From assembly GCA_963745035.1 (NCBI GenBank), contig CAVUVW010000020.1, positions 32,001-96,000 on the forward strand: a stretch of 64,000 bases of DNA, given 5' to 3'. Origin of the DNA: an uncultured delta proteobacterium. Lineage in GTDB: Bacteria > Desulfobacterota > Binatia > UBA9968. The notes under the pieces were generated by a model. That model was not told where the DNA came from. It searched no databases and saw only the letters and a list, made by a program, of their open reading frames with translations. Within the stretch, counting starts at the first letter, position 1, and each line of letters begins with the position of its first letter. The translations under genes were made by a program, and so were the position numbers. This document shows, piece after piece, positions 1 to 10,481 of the stretch.

Positions 1-75
1 CACATCGTCCAGGCGCACAAGGGCGAGTTGAAAATCGAAAGCGCGCTCAACAAAGGCACCACCGTGCGCGTGCTT
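1..75 (+). CDS. C-terminal end of sensor histidine kinase (HATPase), probably PhoR-like; partial, apparently continues into ArsC domain
   Basis: Frame 1 reads HIVQAHKGELKIESALNKGTTVRVL, a typical HATPase C-terminus; lies next to the pit operon and Pho-box-like repeats. Confidence 0.75.
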
Positions 76-76
76 A

Positions 77-517
77 TTGCCGGCCGCTCCTCCTCCCCAC
101 CCCGACGGTATTTTGTTTCTATGCCGCGGCAACTCCTGCCGGAGCCAGATGGCCGAAGGCTTCGCCCGCCGGCTCGCCAACGGCACGCCCATCTACAGCG
201 CCGGCACCAAGCCCGAAGAAATTCATCCGCTGGCGGCGCGCGTCATGAAGGAAGCCGGCGTCGACATCGCCGCGCAACGATCCAAAGGACTGGAAGCGAT
301 TCCGCTGGAGCGCGTCGATATGCTGATCACCTTGTGCCATGACGACGGAGAATGCCCGGCGCTCGCCCATCCGGTCCGGCGCGCCCATTGGCCGCTCGCC
401 GACCCGGCGCTGGCGCGCGGCAGCGACGAAGAGATCCTCGCGGCCTTTCGCGCGGTTCGGGACGAAATCCGCGCCCGCGTGGAAGAGCTGTTTTCACGTC
501 CTCGCCCATCTTTGTAA
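77..517 (+). CDS. arsC: Arsenate reductase, LMW-PTP fold (thioredoxin-coupled type)
   Basis: ILFLCRGNSCRSQMAEG P-loop, LITLC...CP redox cysteines, HWPLADP. Confidence 0.85.
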   Translation: MPAAPPPHPDGILFLCRGNSCRSQMAEGFARRLANGTPIYSAGTKPEEIHPLAARVMKEAGVDIAAQRSKGLEAIPLERVDMLITLCHDDGECPALAHPVRRAHWPLADPALARGSDEEILAAFRAVRDEIRARVEELFSRPRPSL

Positions 518-551
518 CCTTGCCGTAATATTTCCGTAACCTTTCTTGACA
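512..551 (+). promoter_or_regulatory. Pho-box-like 11-bp-period direct repeats ending in a TTGACA -35 element
   Basis: GTAAC (514), GTAAT (525), GTAAC (536), then TTGACA (546-551), upstream of DUF47-pit. Confidence 0.65.
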
Positions 552-604
552 ACCGCTTTCCCCGCCTGCTAACTAAAAGCTTTTATCCGGGAAGAGGCGG
601 CTTC

Positions 605-1219
605 ATGTTTAACTTTGCTCCGCACAAAGAGAAATTCTTCGACTTGTTCAAGGAATCGGCGCAGAACGCGCTGGCCGGCGCCCGGGCGCTCAAGGACATG
701 TTCGATCGCTACGAACATCCGCAGGAGTCCTGGAAGGTGCTCAAAGATCTCGAGCACGAGGGCGACCGGATCACCCACCGCACCATCCGCAGCCTGAATC
801 AGACTTTCTTGACCCCCATCGACGCCGAAGATATCCACGCGCTGACCACCGCCCTCGATAACGTGATGGACGCCATTGAGGCCGCCGCCGCGCGCATGGT
901 GCTCTTTCGCATCGAAACTCCGACCCCGGAGGCGAGAGAGCTGTGCGACACCATCGTGACCTCGACCGAACAACTGGTCAAAGCCGTGTCGCATATGCCG
1001 CGCCTGGACGACATCGACGAATACTGCATCGAAATCAACCGCCTCGAAAACACCGCCGATGACATCTACCGCAAGGCCATCGGCAGCCTGTTCGAAAACG
1101 GCACCTCGCCGATGGACGTGATCAAGTGGCTCGATATCTACGAAATTCTCGAATCGGCCACCGACCGGTGCGAGGACGTCGCCAATACCCTCGAAACCAT
1201 CGGCTTGAAAAATTCCTGA
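605..1219 (+). CDS. DUF47 / PhoU-like phosphate transport regulator
   Basis: LEHEGDRITH, FLTPIDAEDI, DRCEDVAN motifs; adjacent to pit. Confidence 0.9.
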   Translation: MFNFAPHKEKFFDLFKESAQNALAGARALKDMFDRYEHPQESWKVLKDLEHEGDRITHRTIRSLNQTFLTPIDAEDIHALTTALDNVMDAIEAAAARMVLFRIETPTPEARELCDTIVTSTEQLVKAVSHMPRLDDIDEYCIEINRLENTADDIYRKAIGSLFENGTSPMDVIKWLDIYEILESATDRCEDVANTLETIGLKNS

Positions 1220-1238
1220 ACCCTTCCTTCCCTTCTCC

Positions 1239-2237
1239 ATGTTCGAAGCCAATCTTCTCCTCTACGGCGTTCTTGCGCTGATCCTCGCCGCCGAATTCGT
1301 CAACGGCTGGACCGACTCGCCGAACGCCATCGCCACCGTGGTCTCGACCCGTGTCCTGTCGCCTTACCAGGCCTTGATCATGGCAACCGTGCTCAACGCC
1401 GTCGGCGCCATGTCGGGCACCGCCGTCGCCGCCACCATCGGCAAAGACATCGTGCGGCCCGAGGTGATCAATCTTACGACCGTCGCGGCGGCGATGATCG
1501 GCATCATTTTTTGGAGCACCTTGGCCTGGTATTGGGGTTTGCCGACGAGCGAGAGCCACGCTTTGATCGCGGGTCTCACCGGCGCCGGCCTGGCGACCGC
1601 CGGGCCGGAGAGTCTGCTCTGGACCGGTTGGAGCAAGGTGCTGATCGGCCTGGCGTTTTCGACTTTCTTGGGCTTCTTCGGCGGCTTATTGTTGATGGCG
1701 CTGCTTTACCGGATGCTGGCCAACAGCCGCCCCGGCACGGTGCGCCGCATCTTCGGCCGGCTCCAGATCGTCTCCGCCGGCTTCATGGCGTTCAGCCACG
1801 GCTCCAACGACGGCCAGAAGTTTATCGGCGTATTCACTCTGTCGCTTCTGCTCGGCGGAATTTTACCGAGCTTCCAGGTGCCGCTCTGGGTGATCCTGTT
1901 GTGCGCCGTGACCATGGGCCTGGGCACCGCGGTCGGCGGTTGGCGCATCGTCAAGACCATGGGCCTGCGACTCACCAAGCTCGAGCCGGTGCACGGCTTC
2001 GCCGCGGAGACCGCCGCAGCGCTCACCATCGAGCTCGCCACCCGCCTGGGCATTCCCTTGAGCACCACGCATACGATCAATACCGCCATCGTCGGCGTCG
2101 GCACCACCAGAAGATTTTCCGCCGTACGCTGGGGCGTCACCTTCGAGATCGTCACCGCCTGGATCCTCACCTTCCCCGTGTGCGGGGTCATCGGTTGGGG
2201 AGCGACGAAAATTCTTTTGCTGCTGAGCGGCGGTTAA
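1239..2237 (+). CDS. pit: Inorganic phosphate transporter, PiT family
   Basis: NGWTDSPNAIAT, HGSNDGQK and PLSTTH signatures; multi-TM. Confidence 0.93.
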   Translation: MFEANLLLYGVLALILAAEFVNGWTDSPNAIATVVSTRVLSPYQALIMATVLNAVGAMSGTAVAATIGKDIVRPEVINLTTVAAAMIGIIFWSTLAWYWGLPTSESHALIAGLTGAGLATAGPESLLWTGWSKVLIGLAFSTFLGFFGGLLLMALLYRMLANSRPGTVRRIFGRLQIVSAGFMAFSHGSNDGQKFIGVFTLSLLLGGILPSFQVPLWVILLCAVTMGLGTAVGGWRIVKTMGLRLTKLEPVHGFAAETAAALTIELATRLGIPLSTTHTINTAIVGVGTTRRFSAVRWGVTFEIVTAWILTFPVCGVIGWGATKILLLLSGG

Positions 2238-2274
2238 AATAACGTAACGGCGGGAAAAGGCGGCGCGGCGAAGG

Positions 2275-2428
2275 TTAGCAGGGTGTTGAAAACCCTGATT
2301 TTCAGGCTGTTCAAAAAGGTCTAGCGGCGCGGCGCGAGAAATCGACGAGCGGAGGCGTATTTACTGATACGTTGGAGCGAAGCGATCGAGGCAACGAAGC
2401 AGGTGGGCCTTTTTCAACAGCCTGTTAG
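2275..2428. mobile_element. MITE-like element, copy 1
   Basis: Inverted ends TAGCAGGGTGTTGAAAA / TTTTCAACAGCCTGTTA; body repeated at 45479-45600. Confidence 0.7.
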
Positions 2429-3045
2429 ATCTCGCGCCGCCCCTCGAGCGCTTTCCCGAGAGTCACCGCGTCGGTGTATTCGAGATCGCCGCCCATCGGC
2501 AGGCCGCGCGCGATCCGGGTCACCGACACTCCCAAGGGTTTGATCACTTTCGAAAGATAGAGCGCGGTGGCTTCGCCTTCCATGGTCGGATTGGTCGCGA
2601 CGATCACTTCTTTGACCGCGCCGTCGCGCAGGCGCTCGAGCAGCTCGTTGATGCGCAGTGCGTCGGGGCCCACGCCGTCGAGCGGCGAAATCGTGCCGTG
2701 CAGCACGTGATACAAGCCGCGATACTCCCGCGACTTTTCCACCGCGATCAGATCGGCGGGTTCCTCGACCACGCAGATCTTGTCCCCCTCCCGCTCAACG
2801 CTGCGGCAGATGCCGCAGAGCATGCCGTCCTGATTTTCTACCGTGACTTCGCTGAAGCCGAAACAGCAGCGGCACAGCCCCATTTCCTGGCGCAATTTGC
2901 CGATGCTGTCGGCCAGCCGGAGCAGGTCGTCCTTGTCGCCCTTCAGCATGTGAAAGGCCAGACGCGCGGCGGACTTTTCTCCGATTCCCGGTAATCTTGA
3001 AAGTTCCTGGACCAGCCGGGCGAGGGGGGCGGGATAGAGGGTCAT
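2425..3045 (-). CDS. recR: Recombination mediator RecR
   Basis: LPGIGEKSAARLAFH HhH, C4 zinc finger, Toprim ATNPTMEGEATA. Confidence 0.97.
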   Translation of the reverse strand: MTLYPAPLARLVQELSRLPGIGEKSAARLAFHMLKGDKDDLLRLADSIGKLRQEMGLCRCCFGFSEVTVENQDGMLCGICRSVEREGDKICVVEEPADLIAVEKSREYRGLYHVLHGTISPLDGVGPDALRINELLERLRDGAVKEVIVATNPTMEGEATALYLSKVIKPLGVSVTRIARGLPMGGDLEYTDAVTLGKALEGRREI

Positions 3046-3365
3046 GGCATAAATCCGGGGATCTTCAATCCTCCGGTGAGCTTGCTCATCTCGCCCGACG
3101 CCAGCTCGCGCGCCTTGCGCACGCCGTCGTTCACTGCCGCCCGGACAAGATCTTCTAACATTTCCTTTTCCGTCGCGTTGATCACAGACGGCTCGATCTG
3201 CACGGCGGTGAGATTAAATTGACCGTTGATCGTGACCTGCACCATGCCGCCACCGGCGGAGCCTTGCACGGTTTTATTGGCCAGCTCCTCCTGAACCTTG
3301 GCCATCCGCGATTGCATCTCCTGCGCCTGCCTCAGCAGGTCGCCCATCGCGCCTATGCTCGCCAT
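3042..3365 (-). CDS. ybaB: Nucleoid-associated protein YbaB/EbfC
   Basis: GSAGGGMVQVTING, EMLEDLV; between dnaX and recR. Confidence 0.95.
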   Translation of the reverse strand: MASIGAMGDLLRQAQEMQSRMAKVQEELANKTVQGSAGGGMVQVTINGQFNLTAVQIEPSVINATEKEMLEDLVRAAVNDGVRKARELASGEMSKLTGGLKIPGFMP

Positions 3366-3407
3366 CGTAATTCCTCCTTTGAAACTGAAATCGCCCGCCC
3401 GTGGCTT

Positions 3408-5054
3408 TTAATCCCGCCGCACGTTGCGCACCGAGCCGCCGAAAATGCGCAGCGCTTCGTTGACCATGGGGCTTCGGTCCTCGGCGGGAGCCGGCGCGGC
3501 GGTGGGCTCGCGAGAGTCAGCGGCGTCGGCTGCCAGATTGACGATCTGCACGTTGACCTCCTGAGCGAAGAATTTTTTCGCCTCCTCTCTCAGCGAAGCA
3601 AGATTATCGCCGTCGAGCAAGAAGGCCAGGTGATGGCGCTCGCCGACGCCGATGCGCAGCCGCCCAGGAGGCAGCTCCAGGGGCTGCGCGCTGTCAAGAT
3701 GCAACGCAAGGAGTTTCTTTTCTCTTCCGAGCGCGGCGACAAATCCGTGCCACGCGTCGGCACCGTGCGCGGGCGGCGGCGCTTCGACCGCCGCCGCGGC
3801 GCGCGGCGTCGGCGCGGCTTTTTCTTTGACCGGCGCGCCTACCCCTTCGCCGCGCGATGGAGACGGATAACCCTCGAGGCGCTCCAGCCGCTCGATCAGT
3901 TGGCTCACCGGCAAGCTCTGCGGCAGCGCGGCCAAACGAACCAAGACGCTTTCAAGCGCGAAACGCGGCGTAGGCGAGCGGCTGATCTCCTCGTCGCCGG
4001 CGGCCATAAAATCGAAGTAATCGAGCATAGTCTCGATCGATACCGGCCGCGATTGCGCGGCAAGATCGGCGATCTCCTGGTCCGGCAAGTCCAACAGCCG
4101 TGCCGTCGAACCGCTGCTCGGTTCCGCGCCGCGCGCGCCATCGCCGCCCGCCAAGCGCGCGACCAATAAGTTTCTGAAGTGCTCGACGAGGTCGCGCGCG
4201 AGGCGATTCACGTCGCGACCGCCATGGACCACTTCGGCGACGAGCTCAAGGCAGCGATGGGCGTTGCCCGCCAGCACGGCGGCGGAGATCTCGTAGAGCA
4301 CGCGCCGCCCGGCAAGACCGAGAACCTCCTGCAGCAAGGCTTCATCGACTTTTCCCGCGCCCGGCGCGGCCATCGCCAGCACCTGCTCCAGCAACGACTG
4401 AGCGTCGCGCATGCTGCCGTCCGCCTCGCGCGCCAGCAAGATCAGCGCGCCTTCGGAAAGCTCGAGCCCTTCGCTTTTGGCGATCGCGCCCAGCCGCCGC
4501 ACGATCTCGCGGAGCTGGATGCGGCGAAAATCGTAGCGCTGGCAGCGCGAAAGAATGGTCGCCGGCAAACGATGCGGCTCGGTGGTCGCGAGAATGAACT
4601 TCACCGACGGCGGCGGCTCCTCCAGGGTTTTCAACAGTGCGTTGAAGGCGTCTTTGGTGACCTGATGGACTTCGTCGATGATGTAGATCTTGAACCGGCT
4701 GTTGGCCGGATGGTAGCGCACATTGTCGATGATCTGGCGAATCTCGTCGATACCGCGATTGGACGCGCCGTCGATTTCGAGCACGTCCACCGAGCTCCCT
4801 TGAGCGATTTCCCGGCAGTGGCTGCACTCATTGCAAGGAGACGCCGTGGGACCCCCGTCACAATTGAGCGCCTTGGCGAGAATCCGCGCGGCGGTGGTCT
4901 TGCCGACACCGCGCACTCCGGTAAACAGATAGGCGTGGGCGATCCGGCCGGCGCCGATGGCATTTTCCAAAGTAGCGGTAATGTGCTCTTGCCCGGCGAC
5001 GTCGGCAAATTTTTGCGGACGCCATTTCCGCGCGATGACCAGATAATCGGACAT
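3408..5054 (-). CDS. dnaX: DNA polymerase III subunit gamma/tau
   Basis: ARKWRPQKF, GVRGVGKTT, IIDEVH, NALLKTLEEPP, SRC; ATG at 5054 preferred. Confidence 0.97.
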   Translation of the reverse strand: MSDYLVIARKWRPQKFADVAGQEHITATLENAIGAGRIAHAYLFTGVRGVGKTTAARILAKALNCDGGPTASPCNECSHCREIAQGSSVDVLEIDGASNRGIDEIRQIIDNVRYHPANSRFKIYIIDEVHQVTKDAFNALLKTLEEPPPSVKFILATTEPHRLPATILSRCQRYDFRRIQLREIVRRLGAIAKSEGLELSEGALILLAREADGSMRDAQSLLEQVLAMAAPGAGKVDEALLQEVLGLAGRRVLYEISAAVLAGNAHRCLELVAEVVHGGRDVNRLARDLVEHFRNLLVARLAGGDGARGAEPSSGSTARLLDLPDQEIADLAAQSRPVSIETMLDYFDFMAAGDEEISRSPTPRFALESVLVRLAALPQSLPVSQLIERLERLEGYPSPSRGEGVGAPVKEKAAPTPRAAAAVEAPPPAHGADAWHGFVAALGREKKLLALHLDSAQPLELPPGRLRIGVGERHHLAFLLDGDNLASLREEAKKFFAQEVNVQIVNLAADAADSREPTAAPAPAEDRSPMVNEALRIFGGSVRNVRRD

Positions 5055-5138
5055 AAATTTATCGTAGGCTGGAAGAACCGCGGGATCGAGCAAAATATCG
5101 CTTTGCCGGCGCGCGCGGCTACTGTTCCGGGGTGTCCA

Positions 5139-5250
<112 letters not shown>

Positions 5251-5305
5251 TCGACATCCCATTCATAGAAGCCGGCGGCGCGAACTGTTTTCCGCCGCGC
5301 TCAAG

Positions 5306-5397
<92 letters not shown>

Positions 5398-5449
5398 CGC
5401 TAGAAAAATCAAGACACTTGCGGACTCTACCAATCCTTCACGGCGGGCA

Positions 5450-5651
5450 ATGTCTCCAAAATGTCTCCACGCGAGATTTTTGCGCCGTTTTAGCTGCCGA
5501 TTCGCGGACTTCAACAAGCTATCACAGGAAATTTTCAGGGGCAAAGACTAAACGGAAAATTGATCGAGCGATGCACGATTGAGAATCGTGCTGCCGTTTC
5601 CAAGTATGCCGAAGAACGAAAGTTTTTGCAGATGTCTCCACAATGTCTCCA
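5450..5651. repeat. ATGTCTCCA tandem pairs (putative integrase arm-type sites)
   Basis: Copies at 5450, 5461, 5632, 5643; matching pair at 11579 (ACGTCTCCA) and 11591. Confidence 0.7.
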
Positions 5652-5692
5652 CGTAGTGAGCGCACGTTGAACGGGCTTGGGATCGAGACAGC

Positions 5693-6168
5693 ATGAACGA
5701 GAACGGCAATTCCCGAGGGACAAAGCCACCGCCAGTGCCCGAACACGGCGAACGGCGAGCCTTGAAGCATGGGCTTACCACGATGAAGAAAGCGCTTTCC
5801 GTACTCGGTAACAGGGCGTTAGACGGTAGATTCAAGGTCAGCAAGGAATTGGCGAAATGGCGCCGTGATTTGATCGAAGACTTGGGCGGTGAGGAAAACA
5901 TCAGCGTGCAGCAACGGACGTTCGCCGACCTATGCGTCAAAAACAAGCTGCTGCTCGACTCGATTGACAGTTGGCTCTTAACGCAGAAATCGCTGGTAGT
6001 CGCTAGGAGAAAAACCCTGCTCCCGGCTGTCCTGCAAAGACAACACTAGCCGATGGACTCGCCAAGTATCTCAACATGCTCGGCCTTGAGCGCCGGCAGA
6101 AAGTAAAAACCATCACCGACCTGCTCAACGGCCAAGACGTGGAGCCGGAGGCCGAGACCCGCCAATGA
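5693..6168 (+). CDS. Phage-like protein, possible terminase small subunit (one frameshift near 6045)
   Basis: ALKHGL..., DLIEDLGGEENISVQQ; continues LADGLAKYLNMLGLERR in the shifted frame. Confidence 0.45.
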
Positions 6169-6640
6169 GCGCGTTAACGGAGAAAACGCATCCTGGGCAG
6201 ATTGGGACGGGAGCTGTATGGAACGGTTACATGTGGCAAAACGGAGAGCTTTTCCAAGTAGATAGTTCCGCTCCGGCACCTCACGTACACCGCCTGGCAG
6301 GTTGCACACACAAGCGCACTTTCAAGCGCTCTTTTCCGGAGAAATATGAGTGCTCCTTGGGTGTGGCTGGAAAGTCGAGAATATTCCGATCTTTCAAGCG
6401 GCCTTTGGATTCCGTCTTTACAATTGCTCGGGCATCTACTTTTCATATCGGCCTTCAGTTTTTGTACGCTCGTACTTTCTCCGCAATCGCGGGGGCAATC
6501 CTTTCTCATAAAGCCGGTGACGAATCAAGCCCACGTTGGAGCACACACGAATGGACAGCGTTAACGGCTAGCACGCTGAAACTGAGCATTGACCCATGCC
6601 GAGCCCGCAGAATGCGCCACGACTGCGTTAACGCAGTTAA

Positions 6641-6827
6641 ATGGACACTCTCAGCCGTGCGGTAATCCGTTCTGTTCAGTGCTCGTCAACATCAAGTCAC
6701 CGCGCGGCAAGCATGGGCGGTATTGCTCCGACCACTGCCGGATGACGGCTACGCTTTGAAGCGGGCCAAGGCGCTACTCAACCGCGTGGGCATCATCCGC
6801 TTTCACGAGCTGTTGGACAGGCTATGA
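6641..6827 (+). pseudogene. Small zinc-finger protein, frameshifted
   Basis: CGNPFC...RYCSDHCR...YALKRAKALL pieces across frames. Confidence 0.35.
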
Positions 6828-7031
6828 GACGCTTGAGTCACACTGACACAGGCCTTCGCGGTGCAGGCACAGGCATTCGAACCAAGGAACACCTGGCGCA
6901 TGGAGCTGTTTCTCCACTACTTCAAAACCCTTGCAAACTCCGCTGGCGCGAGAGTACAAGAAGCCACATCCCATGCCGGTTCAATGAACCCGTGAGTTAT
7001 CGTCAATTGACTTAGTCAAACGAGATTCCGC

Positions 7032-10000
7032 ATGAAGTGTCCTCGCTGCCAGCATGAAAACCCTGTCGGTATGAAGTTCTGCGGCGAGTGCGGGGCGCGT
7101 CTCGAGACGGCGTGCTCTGCTTGCGGAGCTGTGAATCCTCCCGGAAACAAATTCTGCGGCCGGTGCGGCGCCGCGCTTGTCCAAGCAATCGCGCCGACGA
7201 AATTCGCATCGCCTGACGCCTATACTCCCAAGCATCTCGCCGAAAAGATTCTCACTTCTAAAAGTGCGCTCGAAGGCGAGCGCAAGCAAGTTACAGTGCT
7301 GTTTGCCGACATGAAGGGCTCCATGGAGCTGCTCGCCGACCGCGACCCTGAAGAGGCGCGCAAATTTCTCGATCCGGTCATCGAGCACATGATGGAGGCG
7401 GTGCACCGATTCGAAGGTACGGTGAACAAGGTGATGGGTGACGGGATAATGGCTTTGTTCGGAGCGCCGTTGGCGCATGAGGATCATGCCGTGCGCGCCT
7501 GCTATGCGGCGCTAAGAATGCAGGAGTCGGTGCGGCGGCATGCGGCGGAAGTCAGACGAACCGAGGGCGTTTCGATTCATATTCGTATCGGTTTGAACTC
7601 CGGCGCGGTGGTGATGCGCTCGATTGGCAACGATCTCCAGATGGACTATTCCGCGATCGGCCAAACGGTTCATCTTGCTTCGCGGCTAGAACAGATGGCG
7701 ACACCGGGAACGACCATGCTAGCGGCGGACAGCCTGCGTTTGGCCGAAGGCTACGTTCAGGTAAAGCCGATCGGTCCGGTGCATGTGAAGGGAATGGCGG
7801 AACCCGTCGAAGCGTATGAGCTCGCCGGCGCGGGGGCGGCGCGGACACGCTTACAAGCGGCGGCCACGCGCGGCCTCACACGTTTTGTCGGGCGCGATGC
7901 CGAGATCGAAACCCTGCGTCAAGCTCTGGAACATTCTCGAGCCGGCCACGGCCAAGTGGTCGCCGTCGTCGGCGAGGCCGGCGTGGGAAAGTCTCGGCTG
8001 TTCTATGAGTTCACGCATTCGCATCGGGCCGTCGACTGGCTGATCGTTGAAAGCGGGTCAGTTTCATACGGCAAGGCCACTCCCTACCTGCCGCTGATCG
8101 ACCTACTCAAGGCGTACTTCAAAATCCAAGATCGCGACAATCAGCGCGAAATCCGCGAAAAAGTTACCGGCAAACTGCTCACGCTCGATGAGACGCTCAA
8201 GTCCACGTTGCCAGCGTTATTGAGCTTGCTCGACGTCGCGGTCGATGACGACGCTTGGCAAGGACTCGACCCCGCCGAGCGTCGCCGGCGCACGCTTGAA
8301 GCGATCAAACGCATTCTCCTTAGAGAAAGTCAGGTGCAGCCGTTGCTAATGGTCTTCGAAGACCTGCACTGGATCGACTCGGAGACCCAGGCGTTTCTCG
8401 ATAACTTGATTGAGAGCGTGCCGACCGCTCGGTTTCTTCTGTTAGTGAACTATCGGCCTGAGTACCAGCATGGTTGGGGTAGCAAGACTTACTACTCGCA
8501 AATTCGCATCGACCCGCTGCCGCCCGCGAGCGCCATGGAAGTGCTGGCCGCCCTGCTCGGCAGACGACCGCGCACTTTTGCCGCTTAAAGATACTTTTGA
8601 TTGCGCGCACCGAAGGAACTCCTTTCTTTCTGAAAGAGAGCGTGCGGACGCTGGTCGAGATGAACGTTCTTGGCGGCGAGCGGGGCAATTATCGGCTTGC
8701 CAAGCCCATCGAGAGCATCCAAGTTCCCGTCTCAGTGCAGGCCGTGCTCGCCGCCCGCATTGACCGGCTCACGCTCGAAGCGAAGCAGTTGCTTCAGTGC
8801 GCTTCGGTCATCGGCAAGGATTTTCCGTTTGCGTTGCTCCAGGCCGTCGCCGAACTTCCGGAGGAAGATCTCAGACGGGAGCTGGCGCACCTTCAAGCGG
8901 CGGAATTTATTTACGAGACGCGCCTGTTTCCCGACCTCGAATACACTTTCAAGCACGCGCTTACGCATGAGGTTGCTTATGGAAGGTTTCTCCAGGATCG
9001 CCGGCGGACACTGCATGCGCAGATCGTAGAGGCGATTGAGAAGCTGTATCCAGACCGCCTGATCGAACAGGTTGAGCGGCTTGCGCAGCACGCTGCCGTG
9101 GCCGGGCTTTGGGAAAAGGCCGCGGAACTATCTTCATCAGGCCGGCAAAAAAGCCGCAAGCCGTTCTGCGAGTCAGGAAGCTATAAGCGTACTTCGAGCA
9201 GGGGTTCGAGGTTCTCAAGAATTTCCTAAGGTCACGAGGCGATTGAGAAAGAGATCGACATCCGCGTCGATCTGGGTCCTATATTGATTGCCATTAAGGG
9301 GGTTTGTTGCGGCTGAGGTCGAAGAAAACTACTCACGCGCGCGCGATCTGTGTGAGCGGTTGGGAGGTGATCGCCTCAACTGTTTCCCGTGCTGTGGGGA
9401 TTGGCGAGGATGCACGATGTTCGCGGGGAGCTGAAGGTGGGAAGAGGATTTAGGTGAGCGGTTACTCGACGCTAGCAGAGCGAGCACAAGAACCCGCGTT
9501 ACTGCTTGGAGGCGCACCACAGAACTTTGGGCCAATTTGTTGGCGTTGGGTGAATTGACTTCTGCTTGAATTGCACATGGAGCAAGGATTTAGGCTTTAC
9601 GATTCACAGAAGTACAAACACCATGCTTTTCGTTACGGCGGCCATGACCCTGGAGTTTGCTCGGCATACCATGCGGCGGAAGTCTTGTGGCTTTTGGGCT
9701 ATCCGGATCACGCTCTTCGGCGAAGCCGGGAATCTTTGGCCCTGGCTCGCGGACTAGCTCACCCATCTACTTTAGCTATCGCTATGTTCTTTGCTGCTTC
9801 GTTCCATCAGCTCGTGGTGAGAAGGAAGACGGTTGGGCCCAGGCGGAAGAATGCATGACGATTGCGAACTGAACATGGATTTCCCCGTTGGCGGCGCGGC
9901 TGGTTAAATTTCTTCAGGGATGGTTTCTCGGTGAAACAGGGTCAAAGTGGCGCCGGTATAATCGCAGATGGCTGAAATGTTTTGGCATAAGAGGACGTTC

Positions 10001-10428
10001 TCCGTTAGGGAATGGCGATGGTTTACCGCGATTGCGCCGCCTCACTGGCAGATGCTCATAAAAAGATCGGGCAGACCGTCGAAGGGCTCAAGTGTGGTGA
10101 CCGAAGAATTGGTCACGGTAAAAAGCACTGAATGTCGTTGCTACGAAGCTGAACTGCATCGAATTAAAGGGGAATTGCTGTTGACACAGACTGCCACGGA
10201 CGAGAACCAGGCCGAAGCATGCTTCCGAGACGCGTTGGAAGTTGCGCGCGGCAAAGCGCCAAGTCGTTGGAACTGCGCGCAGCGATGAGCCTGGGCCGGC
10301 TATGGCAGAGACAGGAAAAAAAGGCCGAAGCGCAAGAATTACTCGCTGAGGTTTATGGCTGGTTCACCGAAGGGTTCGACACCGCCGATTTGCGAGAGGC
10401 AAAGGTGTTACTCGATGAGTTGGCATAA
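7032..10428 (+). CDS. Class III adenylate/guanylate cyclase with double zinc ribbon, AAA ATPase and TPR tail; multiple frameshifts
   Basis: CPRC/FCGECG ribbons, GERKQVTVLFAD, GDGIMALFGAP, GEAGVGKSRL, EDLHWID, FKHAL, C-terminal WFTEGFDTADL; split over ORFs starting 7032, 8597, 9571, 9968, 10219. Confidence 0.88.
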
Positions 10429-10481
10429 CCAATTGCGGGTGCGGCAAAACAACAACGTAAGACTTTTCAAAGGAGGTACTT

